Positions 11,332 through 21,672 of a DNA stretch of 23,457 nt are shown piece by piece; position 1 is the first letter of the stretch; each line of letters begins with the position of its first letter. The DNA is taken from the NCBI RefSeq assembly GCF_004010195.1, contig NC_057759.1, forward strand, positions 7,955,022 to 7,978,478, read 5' to 3'. The notes beneath the pieces were generated by a model, which searched no databases, was not told the origin of the DNA, and saw nothing but the letters and a program-made list of their open reading frames with translations. Both the position numbers and the translations under genes were made by a program. This DNA comes from Chiloscyllium plagiosum (lineage: Eukaryota).

Positions 11332-11961
11332 TGTTTTGGACCAGATCAGGTGCCCTCAAGAAGGTATACTAGACCCTAACCTTTTCTTATTTTTAAGGTA
11401 GATGTGAATTGCGTGTTCCAGATATGATACTGGTTAAACTTCTCACTGTTAAGTAAAACAAAATTTATTTAAACACTATAGTTAAAATACAAATTAAGAA
11501 AAAGAAATTTAGAATAGCTGACTTATTAGAAAACTTAACTGAATAGTAGATACAGTACGTGTTACTGACTAACTATTCCAATATAGTAACATCCCATAAA
11601 TACATTCTTGGCAAAAAAAAGTAAATTCAGACACAGATTTTTACATGCAGTCCTCCAATTCAGGAGGAAACAACATCGAGAGATTTGTAAGAGAGTCGCA
11701 GCTATGAATCATTCACTGTAACTTCCAGCTCTTCTGTAAACCCAAACATTTTCTGACTGCTAAAGCTTAAAAGAAATACTAGTCTGTGGGAACTAGCCAC
11801 TCCCCTTCAAGCTGCTTCCAACTTTTTAAAAATTGAAAAGCCTCCCAAGATGTTTATTTACGTCATTTTTCAGTCGGCAATTTGCCATCTCTGCCTTTAC
11901 AAACTCTCTTAAAAAAAAACCCAGGACAAAATAAACTTTTTAAATTCACAGCATTGTCACA
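11332..11961. mobile_element. Probable solo LTR, same family as 4825-5440
   Basis: tgttttggaccag...agaccctaacc...ccaggacaaaata...cagcattgtcaca is collinear with the first copy. Confidence 0.6.
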
Positions 11962-14183
11962 CTGTCTGTCCCAAAATGTATTGAGGAGAGGCATAAAATG
12001 TGAAGTTAGTCATTTGTTTTACCCTCAACTGGGATAACATCAGCTGCACTTAGGGTTCAACCAAATACAATGTTAATTATTTGAATGATATGACATAAGT
12101 TGACAGGACAATTGATGCTAGCCACTTGAGACTTGTGTTCACCATTTAACAATGATCCCAGATAATGATGATAGCAATTTGCACTTTTAAAGCACCCTAA
12201 AGGGTAACAAAACATTCAAGTTGTTACCCAATTTGGAAGTATGGAACTAGTAGGAAGAAAGCACTAGGGTGAATCCTTTGGGGAGTACTGAAGTAGGCTA
12301 GCCAAAGTCTGTAATCACAATTGGACAGAAATTTCAAGAAACCAGAACTGAAGCATGAAGAGTGAAAGTTGAACTACAAGATTGAAGAAGATTACAATGT
12401 TCTAAGAATACCTCAGAACAAGATGGAGCAGATGTTGCTTGGTATACTTTGTTCCTTTAAAGTTGTGAAATTCTGCTAGATATTTGATCTCAGATACTTG
12501 CATAAATTTACACATGGTTCTGAATCGTTTCATTGCTTTAAGTTGTTCAGATGGATTCAGAGTCTTGGCTGTTAGTCTGGTCATGCAGAGCTCTCAAGTT
12601 CAGGATTGTAGCAATGTACCAATGTATTCGTCAGCCTTCCACGGTATTTGCATTTTCTGATGTAGAAGTCTATAACACAGTAGCATTTGTAACATTATCC
12701 CCTGTTGAAGAATTGGCTGATGAGAGAGTTCCTTGTTTTACTGGCAGTTTGAGAAGCTCAGTAACATACAGTTAATAAGAAAGCAGTGTAGGGTAATCCA
12801 AGATGTAAAAGCTGCTCCTTTTTGTTTTGAGGTATTTTAGGTGTTGGAGGTGATTTCCTCGAATTCCAGGAACAGCAATTACTGTTTTATATACTGTTGC
12901 ATTGTTTTGGAGCTATGGGAGACAAAAGATCAAAGCAATGCCACTTTAAAAAGGAGGAAGACAGCCAAAGACAGTGACCACATGGTCAGAGAAAGAAACC
13001 TATACTGCTATTTGACAAGGCAGTGAATCTGCACAGTTACTCCCTTTGCTGTTTGAGTTCAAGTATCTCTGGACATCGGAGTGTGTCTAGGAAAAATGAA
13101 AAAACAGTGAAACTCACAGATGACCTTGGAAACATTTTGGGGAAGCTCACAGCTCAGGAACAGATAGGTGCATCGTTTTTTTTTAAGTGTAGCCTTGCTG
13201 TAAATCTTAAATAGTGAAATGTTTTGCTTGCGCATCCCATCAGATCACATGGATGGGTTGGAGCGGCAGTTAGAGACAGTAAGGAATTTACAGGAGCTGG
13301 GGGTGTGACGGATAGCAGTTGTAGGAAGGGAGAAAAGGATGCCGATACAGTCAGGTAGATGGGTAAAAGCCAGGAGGGGTAGGCAGGTAGTGCAAGAGTC
13401 CACTGTGGCTATTCCCATCAAAACAGCAATATGTTGTTTTGGAAAACGAAGGGGGTGATGGAGTCTCAGGAGAATGTAGCATGAGCACCCAAGTATCTGG
13501 TACCAAGAGTGTCTCTGTTGTAATGAGGGGTATGTTGGGTTCCAAGCAATCGATTGTGATAGGGGATTCTCTAGTCAGTGGTACAGACATTTCTGCGGCC
13601 GGCAGTGAAAAATCAGAATGGTGTGTTGCTTCCCTGGTGCCAGAATCAAGGATGTCTCTGACAGGGTGCAGAATGTTCTCAAAGGGGAGAGGAATCAGCA
13701 ATCGGTCATTAGTTCCAATGTGTACAATGACATAGGAAGGGAAAAGGATGAATTTCGGAAGGGAGAATACAGAATGGAAGGAATTTAAAAAGGAGATCCT
13801 TGAGAGTAGTAATATCTGGATTGCACCTGGTGCTATGAGCTTGTGAGGGTAGGAATAGGAGGATGGGGCAGATGAAGAATGTGTGTTTGAGGAGCTGGTG
13901 CAGGGGAGAAGGGTTCACGTTTGTGCATAATTGTAATCTCTTCTGGGGTAGAAGTGACCTGTACAAGAAGTATGGATTGCACCTGAATTGGAAGGGTACT
14001 AATATACTGGCAGGGAGATTTGCTAGAGCTGCTTAGCAGGATTTAAATTAGTAAGGTAGAAGGGTGGGACCCAGGGAAATAGTGAGGAAAGAAATCAATC
14101 TGAGACTAGTATAATTGGGAAAATGAGTGAGTCAAAAGTCAGGGCAGGCAGGAACAAAGCAGAGAAGAAGGTAGGACTGTTAA

Positions 14184-14219
14184 ATTCCTGAAGAAGGGCT
14201 TATGCCCGAAACGTCGATT
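14184..14219 (+). ncRNA. Minimal type I hammerhead ribozyme motif
   Basis: CUGAAGA core (14188-14194), stem II GGGC-uuau-GCCC, GAAA, palindromic ACGU, GUC cleavage triplet (14213-14215). Stem I is weak. Confidence 0.6.
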
Positions 14220-14234
14220 TCCCCTACTCCTTTT

Positions 14235-14540
14235 TAGATTACTTACAGTGTGGAAACAGGCCCTTCGGCCCAACAAGTCCACACCGCCCCGCCGAAGCGC
14301 AACCCACCCATACCCCTACATTTACCCCTTACCTAACACTACGGGCAATTTAGTATGGCCAATTCACCTGACCTGCACATCTTTGGACTGTGGGAGGAAA
14401 CCGGAGCACCCGGAGGAAACCCACGCAGACACGGGGAGAATGTGCAAACTCCACACAGTCAGTCGCCTGAGGCGGGAATTGAACCTGGGTCTCCGGCGCT
14501 GTGAGGCAGCAGTGCTAACCACTGTGCCACCGTGCCGCCC
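14235..14540 (-). mobile_element. HE1-type SINE, young
   Basis: Intact tRNA-like head and CR1-like tail on the minus strand. tcctt on both flanks. Confidence 0.95.
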
Positions 14541-14717
14541 ATCCTTGGATGTTGCGCTTTTCCAGCAACACATTTTTCAGCTCTGATAAATTAAACTGTA
14601 TTTATTTTAGCGCAAGAGGCTGAACAGGGAAGGCAGATGAATTCAGGACATGGTTAGGACCATGGGGCTGGGACATCGTAGCAATTACAGAAACATGGCT
14701 CAGGGGTGAACAGGACT

Positions 14718-15040
14718 AGATTAGATTTTTTTTAGATTAGATTACAGTGTGGAAACAGGCCCTTCGGCCCAACAAGTCCACACCGACCCGCCGAAGCGAA
14801 ACCCACCCATACCCCTACATTTACCCCTTACCTAACACTACGGGCAATTTAGCATGGCCAATTCACCTGACCCTGCACATCTTTGGACTGTGGGAGGAAA
14901 CCGGAGCACCCGGAGGAAACCCACGCAGACACGGGGAGAACGTGCAAACTCCACACAGTCAGTCGCCTGAGGCGGGAATTGAACCCGGGTCTCAAGCGCT
15001 GTGAGGCAGCAGTGCTAACCACTGTGCCACCGTGCCGCCC
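14718..15040 (-). mobile_element. HE1-type SINE, young, inserted in CR1 ORF2
   Basis: Near-identical to 14235-14540. (tagat)n tail. actag on both flanks. Confidence 0.95.
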
Positions 15041-16121
15041 TACTAGCAGCTTAATGTTCCAGGATACAAATGCTATAGGAAGGATAGAAATGGAGGCAAG
15101 AGAGGAGGGGGAGTAGCGTTTTTGATAAGGGATAACATTACGGCTGTACTTAGGGAGGATATTCCTGGGAATACATTCAGGGAAGTTACTTAAGTAGAAC
15201 TGAGAAATAAAAAAAGGATGATCACCTTATTGGGATTGTATATAGACCCCCTAATGGACAGGGGGAAATTGAGAAACAAATTTGTAAGGAAATCTCAGTC
15301 ATCTGTAAGAGTAATAGGTTGGTTATGGGCGGGGATTTTAACTTTCCAAACATAGACTAGGACTACCATAGTGTTAAGGGTTTAGATGGAGAGGAATTTA
15401 AGTGTGTACAAGAAACTTTTTGGATTCAGCATGTGGATGTATCTACTAGAGAAGCTGCAAAACCTGACCTACTCTTGGGATATAAGGCAGGGCAGGTGAC
15501 TGAGGTGTCAGTATGGGAGCACTTGGAGGCCAGTGACCATAATTCTACTGGTTTTAAAATAGTGATGGAAAAAGATAGACCAGATCTAAAAGTTGAAGTC
15601 CTAAGCTGGAGGAAGGTCACTTTTGACGATATTAGACAATAACTTTCAAAAATTGATTGGTGCAGATGTTCGCAGGTAAAGGGACAGATGGAAAATGGGA
15701 AGCCTTCAAAAGTGAGATAATGAGAGCCCTGAGACAGTATATTCCTGTTCAGCTGAAAGGCAAGGCTGGTTGGTGTAGGGAATGCTGGATGATTCGAGAA
15801 ATTGAAGTTTTGGTTAAGAAAAAGAAGGAAGCATATGTCAGGTATAGACAGCAGAGGTTGAGTCAATCTGTAGAAGAGTATAAAGACAGTAGGAGTATCC
15901 ATAAGAGGGAAATCCGGAGGGCAAAAAGGGGACATGAGATAGCTTTGGCAAATAGGGTTAAGGAGAATCTGAAAGGATTTTATAAATATATTAAGGTGAA
16001 AAGGGTAACTAAGGAGAGAACAGGGCCCCTGAAAGACCAGCAAAGCAACCACAGGAGATGAGAGACATACTAAACAAGTATTTTGCATCAGTGTTTACTC
16101 TGGAGAAGGACATGGAAGATA

Positions 16122-16245
16122 TCAGGGGAAATGCAAAGTAATAGGGTAGGGGAATGAATCTGGGTGGGTTACTCTTCAGGCGGTCAGTGTGGACTTGTTG
16201 GGCCATATTCTGTTTCCACACTGTAGGGATTACATGATTCTATGA
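16122..16245 (+). mobile_element. 5'-truncated HE1-type SINE 3' end inserted in the CR1
   Basis: ctgggtgggttactcttcaggcggtcagtgtggacttgttgggcc...tgtttccacactgtagggatt...ctatgat. gatat on both flanks. Confidence 0.75.
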
Positions 16246-18057
16246 TATAGAATGTGGGAAATGGATGATATCTTGGAAAAATGTCCATATTACAGAGATG
16301 GTGGTGATGGATGTCTTGAAATGCATAAAGATGGTTGGATACCCAAGACTTGATCAAGTGTGCCCTGGAACTCTCTGGTGGCTGGGGGTGATTGCTCGGA
16401 CCCTTGCTGGGATATTTGTATCATCGATAGTCTTGGTTGAGGTGTCGGAAGACTGGAGGTTGGCTGGCATGGTGCTGTTACTTAAGAAGGGTGGTAAGGA
16501 AAAATTAAGGAACTACAGACCGGTGAGCCTGACATCGGTGGTGGGGAAGTTGTTGGAGAGAATCCTGAGGGACAGGATTTACATGCATTTGGAAAGGCCA
16601 GGACTGATTAGGGATAGTCAGCATGGCTTTGTGCGTGGGAAATCATGTTTCACAAACTTGATGGAGTTTTTTGAAGAAGTAACAAAGAGGATTGATAAGG
16701 GCACAGCAGTGAACGTGACCTATGTGGACTTCAGTCAGGCATTCGACAAGGCTTCTCATGGTAGACTGGTTAGCAAGGTTTGATCTCATGGGATAGATGG
16801 AGAATTAGCCATTTGATACAGCACTGGATTGAAGATAAAAGGCAGAGGGTAGTAGTGGAAGGTTGCTTTTCAGATTGGAGGCCTGTGACCAGTCGTGTGC
16901 CACTGGGATCGGTGCTGAGTTCGCTGCTTTTCGTCATTTATATAAATGATTTGGATATGAACATAGGAGGTATAGTTAGTAAGTTTGCAGATGACACCAA
17001 AATTGGAGGTGTAGCGGACAGCGAAGAAGGTTACCTCAGATTATAATGGGATCTTGATCAGATGGGCCAAGGGGCTGAGGAGTGGCAGATGGAGTTCAAA
17101 TTGGATAAATGTGAAGTACTGCATTTTGGAAAGACAAATCATGACAGGGTTTATACACTTGATGGTAAGGGACTGTTGCTGAACAAAGAGACCTTGGAAT
17201 GCAGGTTCATTGTTCCTTAAAAGTGGAGTTACATATAGATAGGATAGTGAAGATGATGTTTGGTATGCTTTCCTATATTGAACAGAGCATTAAGTATAGA
17301 AGTCGGGAGGTCATGTTGTGGCTGTACAGGACATTGGTTAGGCCATTTTTGGAATATGGAATGCAATTCTATGATCCCTGCTATAGAAAGGATGTTGTGA
17401 AACTTGAAAAGGTTCAGAAAGATTTACAGGGTTGGAGGATTTGAGCTATAGGGAGAGAGTGGGGCTGTTTTCCCTGGAGCGTCGGACGCTGAGGGGTGAC
17501 CTTATAGAGGTTTATAAAATAATGAGGGTCATGGATAGGTAAATAGCCAAGGTCTTTCCCTGGGATGGGGGAGTCCAGAACAAGAGGGCATAGGTTTAGG
17601 GTGAGAGGGGAAAAATGTAAAAGTGACCTAAGTGGCAACCTTTTTCATGCAGAGGGTGGTGCATGTATGAAATGAGCTGCCAGAGGAACTACAACATTTA
17701 AAATACATCTGGATGGGTATATGAAGAGGAAGGGATTAGAGAATATGAGCCACATGCTGGCAAATGGGACTAGATTAGATGTGGATATCTGGCTGACATA
17801 GATGAGTTGGCCTGAACGGTCTGTTTCCGTGCTGTGTGTCTCTATGATTCTGGAGAACAAAGTTAGAAGAGGCTTATTGATGTTTTGTTTCAACTGACTG
17901 AGTGAGATGTTCCTGCTCCAAATCAGATAGCAGCCTTCTCAATGCTGAGGTCAGATTTGGTTGAAGAAGTTTGGGTTGCAACAGAAGACTGTTGGAATGT
18001 TTTTTTGTAAAAGTCATGAACCTTCTCACAATTTATTTGTCACATGTTGCCAATTGA

Positions 18058-18219
18058 AAAAGAACAACCTTAGTTACCCGAATGTCAATTATCCGAAGTT
18101 CAGATTATCTGAACAAGATCTCAAGCTCCCGTAAAAACATTGTCTGATATCCAAACAATTGGTTATCCAAACAGCATACTCCCCACTGGTCTCATTCGGA
18201 TGATCAAGGTTGCTCTGTA
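18058..18219. mobile_element. pogo/Tigger-like MITE
   Basis: Imperfect TIRs agaacaaccttagttacccgaat ... attcggatgatcaaggttgctctg followed by TA, with internal attatccgaa-like subrepeats. Confidence 0.6.
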
Positions 18220-18268
18220 TTCCATTCATCAACATTTTCAAACCTGATGTTTTTCTAATATCTTTTAG

Positions 18269-18389
18269 GTATCAGCCAAGTAAAACACTTGCAGAAATAT
18301 ATCGTTGTGTTTACAAAGTTCGTAACAAACTGCTAGCATGCAAAAACCTGGAACTTATCCAGACCCAGTCACTTTCCAGTGAAAGGAGA
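18269..18389 (+). CDS. HERC1: HERC1 internal coding exon (R)YQPSKTLAEIYRCVYKVRNKLLACKNLELIQTQSLSSERR
   Basis: Acceptor tcttttAG at 18267-18268 and donor gtaagt at 18390. Its first G completes the AG|G Arg codon of the upstream exon. Matches recalled human HERC1 YQPGKHLSEVYRCVYKVRSRLLACKNLELIQT. Confidence 0.95.
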
Positions 18390-18464
18390 GTAAGTTCTTG
18401 AAATAACTTTTTAAAAATATAAATAATTTAAATGTAACTGAGTTAGACCATTCAAATATTCTTG

Positions 18465-19198
18465 ACAATGTTACATGAGTAAAATGCAATAATGTTCTGT
18501 AAAGCATGGATTATTGCTTTTGCTGGAACTCATACTGCTGTCTGTCCTTATGGACAAATGTATTTGCAACAAGGCCTGTCAGACAGCTCTCCCAATTTTA
18601 ATGAGTACCCAGATTTTAGTAAATTTGACTTTGCAAGATCAAGGGCTGGGATTGCTGTCGAAACTCGTGGTGGCATCTGTGGAGAGAAAGCGGAGTTAAC
18701 ATTTTGAGTCTGGTGACCTTTCTCGAGGACATAGTTTTTGTTTCAGATTTCCAGCATTTTCACTTCTTTGTTTTATTTTTGTATGGCTGTTGTTCTCATT
18801 GCTGAGGTTAATACCAGGTGGTTCATCTGGGTTCAGATGAACCACCTGGTATTAACCTCAGCAATGAGAACAACAGCCATACAAAAATAAAACAAAGAAG
18901 TGAAAATGCTGGAAATCTGAAACAAAAACTATGTCCTCGAGAAAGGTCACCAGACTCAAAATGTTAACTCCGCTTTCTCTCCACAGATGCCACCACGAGT
19001 TTCGACAGCAATCCCAGCCCTTGATCTTGCAAAGTCAAATTTACTAAAATCTGGGTACTCATTAAAATTGGGAGAGCTGTCTGACAGGCCTTGTTGCAAA
19101 TACATTTGTCCATAAGGACAGACAGCAGTATGAGTTCCAGCAAAAGCAATAATCCATGCTTTACAGAACATTATTGCATTTTACTCATGTAACATTGT
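18465..19198. repeat. Long inverted repeat, 365-bp arms with a 4-nt spacer
   Basis: 18465-18829 is the reverse complement of 18834-19198. Identical mirror ORFs 18492..18707(+) and 18956..19171(-). Confidence 0.98.
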
Positions 19199-19527
19199 GT
19201 TCTTCATGCTTGAAAAATGTGTTTTGAAGATGAAAAGCCAAGGATGTAACAAATCCCTCTGTGTTGTGTGTAGTCTTTAAATGAAAAATGATCCATTACG
19301 TATATTTTTTGTTTGATTCCATCAGTCTCTGCCTGTTCAAGTTGTTAGTCTTGAGGAATAACTGTTCATCAATTTCAGTTTTGAATCTTTTTTTTTAGCC
19401 AGCCCACAAAATGGGTATAGTAATCTTTTCTAAAGGAAAGATAAAGTATTGATTTCTCAAATAAATAATGCAAAATACCACAACATTTTAAAAAAAAAGT
19501 TTTACTTTACCTTCCCTTTTTCACAAG

Positions 19528-19693
19528 TTGTCAGAAAATCAAGACACGACAGATGTTGATCTTCAAGAGCTTTCTTTCACTCGTACCATTGATGAAGAAG
19601 CTGAAATGGAAGAGCAGGCATATCGAGACCGTGAAGATGAGCATCTGGAACAAGAGGAGGAAGAAAGGGAGCAAGAAGTCATGACTGCTGGAA
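19528..19693 (+). CDS. HERC1: HERC1 internal coding exon LSENQDTTDVDLQELSFTRTIDEEAEMEEQAYRDREDEHLEQEEEEREQEVMTAG (acidic region)
   Basis: Long pyrimidine tract, acceptor cacaAG at 19526-19527 and donor gtaagt at 19694. In phase 0 with the previous exon. Matches recalled human ISENQDSADVDPQEHSFTRTIDEEAEMEEQ...EVMTAG. Not in the ORF track. Confidence 0.95.
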
Positions 19694-19819
19694 GTAAGTA
19701 AATATACCTAGAACTAACTTGTTTGAATGGCATTTGGGTACAACTCAAATTGTTTGTCTTGTAGTCCTAGCAAATAATATGGTAGTTACCCATTGTTTCA
19801 TTCATATTGTATGATGGCC

Positions 19820-20325
19820 ATGATTGGAGTATTGCTTGCGGTTCTGGTCGCCACATTATAAGGAGGATGTGGAGTCTTTGGAGAGAATGCAAAAGAGGTT
19901 TACCAGAATGTTGCCTGGATTGGAGTGTATTTGCTATAAGGAGAGGTTGGACAAACTTGGAGCATCAGAGGTTGAAGGGATGACCTGACTGAAGTATATA
20001 AAGTTGTGAGACATAGATAGGTAGATAGTCAGTCTTTTCCCCAGGGTGGAAATGTCAAATACTAGGAGGCATGGGTTTAAGGTGAGAGGAGATATGTTTA
20101 AGGGAAATGTGCGGGGAAGGTTTTTTTTCACAGAGGGTGGTGGGTGCCTGGAACATACAGCTGGGGACATGGTAGAAGCAGAAATGATAGCAATGTCTCA
20201 TAGGCATTTAGATAGATGCATGAAAAGGCAGGGAATCAAGGGATATGGACAATGTGCTGGCAGATAAAATTAGTTTAGAATGGCATCATGGTTAGCCATG
20301 GTCTGTTTCTGTGTTGTACTGTCCT
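19820..20325 (+). mobile_element. CR1-type LINE 3' fragment
   Basis: FWSPHYKEDVESLERMQKRFTRMLPGL-like coding remnant and TRRHGFKVRG motif, followed by a CR1 3' UTR. Confidence 0.85.
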
Positions 20326-21344
20326 GGAAAATTAATAATTTACAAAACTCAAACTAAATTATCTGTCCAAATCTACCAGCTGCTGTTAGCAATGGTCATC
20401 TCCAAAAAGCAGCAACAAACCTGGAGGTGACGATTAACCAACTTTTTGGATTTAGTTGAAGATTGTTTTGGTAGTTGTATAGCTAAATTAACCAGATCAA
20501 CATTAAAGATAGCTGTAATATTATTCTTTTGGTGTAAACTGTTGTTGGTCCTAATTAGTGCAAATGATTTTCACCGATGGTGGTTGTACTATTGATGCAA
20601 CAATTCCAAACAACACTGCTAAAGTTTGCCTTGCATTCTTGAAATAGTATGTCTTTTATACCTTGTGGACTTAACTGTTTCCTCAGCCTTTTGCTAGATT
20701 CCTATGTGTTATTTTCTTTTTGAGGGTTGTATCAAAGTGTGCCAATTTCTCAAGCAGATAAGCTGTTAATACTGTGAAATAGCCAGAAAATCTTGTGGAT
20801 GCTGCTTTTAGTCAGATGGGAAAAAAAATACCATAAAGGGATTTAGCCTTTTATGATTTTCTTCAGTTTGAAAATTGGACTTTCAGTCAGACATTCAGAA
20901 TATCTCTATTTGAAGAATTTAAAATAATCCATCATTTTATTTTTTAACCATTTCTATTGGTGTAGTTGAAGAGATTTATGTCCATATTTTTGCAAGGTGA
21001 GTTTTTTGGCTGCTAAATGTTAACACTATTTCAGGATGTTGCATTATTAGTTTGCATATTGTATAACATGCTGTTTGCTTTAGGAAAAGAATGAATATTA
21101 AATCTAAAGCAGTGCATCCTGCATTGGAACAACTGTTCGAGTAGAGGAGTTGCTAGGATTTGGAATGCGTTGGTTTGGAGTGTGGTGGAAGTGGATTCCA
21201 TAAGAGGATTCAAAAGACAGCTGGATATGTATTTGAAAGTGATAAATTTTGAGGATGATGGAGATAAGGCTGGAGAATGAGACTAGCTGGGTAGCTTTCT
21301 CAGGAACTGGTACAGACACAATGAATCTGATGGCCTTCTTGTGA

Positions 21345-21672
21345 GCGGCACGGTGGCACAGTGGTTAGCACTGCTGCCTCACAGCGCCAGAGACCCGGGT
21401 TCAATTCCCACCTCAGGCGACTGACTGTGTGGAGTTTGCATGTTCTCCGTGTGTCTGCGTGGGTTTCCTCCGGGTGCTCCGGTTTCCTCCCACAGTCCAA
21501 AGATGTGCAGGTAAGATGAATTGGCCATGCTAAATTGCTCGTAGTGTTAGGTAAGGGGTAAATGTAGGGGTATGGGTGGGTTGCGCTTCGGGTCGGTGTG
21601 GACTTGTTGGGCCGAAGGGCCTGTTTCCACACTGTAATGTAATCTAATGTAAAAAGAAAATCTAATCTAATC
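21345..21672 (+). mobile_element. HE1-type SINE, young, inserted in an old LINE 3' fragment (about 21140-21700)
   Basis: Pol III A box tggcacagtgg (21354-21364), B box ggttcaattcc (21398-21408), CR1-like tail and (aatct)n end. Confidence 0.95.

Larger units (their letters stand above)
14184..14586 (+). mobile_element. Penelope-like short element with a hammerhead motif, split by a SINE and inserted in the CR1
   Basis: attcctgaagaagggcttatgcccgaaacgtcgattt...tcctt[SINE]tccttggatgttgcgcttttccagcaacac. Homologous to the arm of the 10014-10217 element. taaatt is duplicated on both sides. Confidence 0.75.
13215..17850 (+). mobile_element. Near full-length decayed CR1/HER1 LINE (ORF1 esterase-like, ORF2 APE endonuclease + RT), with several nested insertions
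   Basis: ORF1 SGNH-like IVIGDSLV near 13550. ORF2 motifs GDFNFPNID, NYRPVSLTSVVGKLLE, QHGFVRGKSC, YVDFSQAFD, VPLGSVLS, KFADDTK. The 3' tail ends ctatgattct. Many stops and frameshifts. Confidence 0.93.

Noticed and set aside
16265..17046. Functional reverse transcriptase gene
   Set aside because: Fragmented by stops, frameshifts and SINE insertions. It is a dead CR1 copy.
18492..19171. Twin ORFs MFCKAWIIAF... and MLLLELILL... on opposite strands
   Set aside because: They are by-products of the inverted duplication of intronic sequence, with no recognisable protein family or splice context.
21345..21425. tRNA-like sequence with A and B boxes
   Set aside because: It is the head of a SINE and continues into the SINE body, so it is not a tRNA gene.
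14248..21632. Recurrent ORFs MWKQALRPNKSTP... and DCGRKPEHPEETHADTGR...
   Set aside because: These are translations of the antisense strand of SINE copies, not genes.
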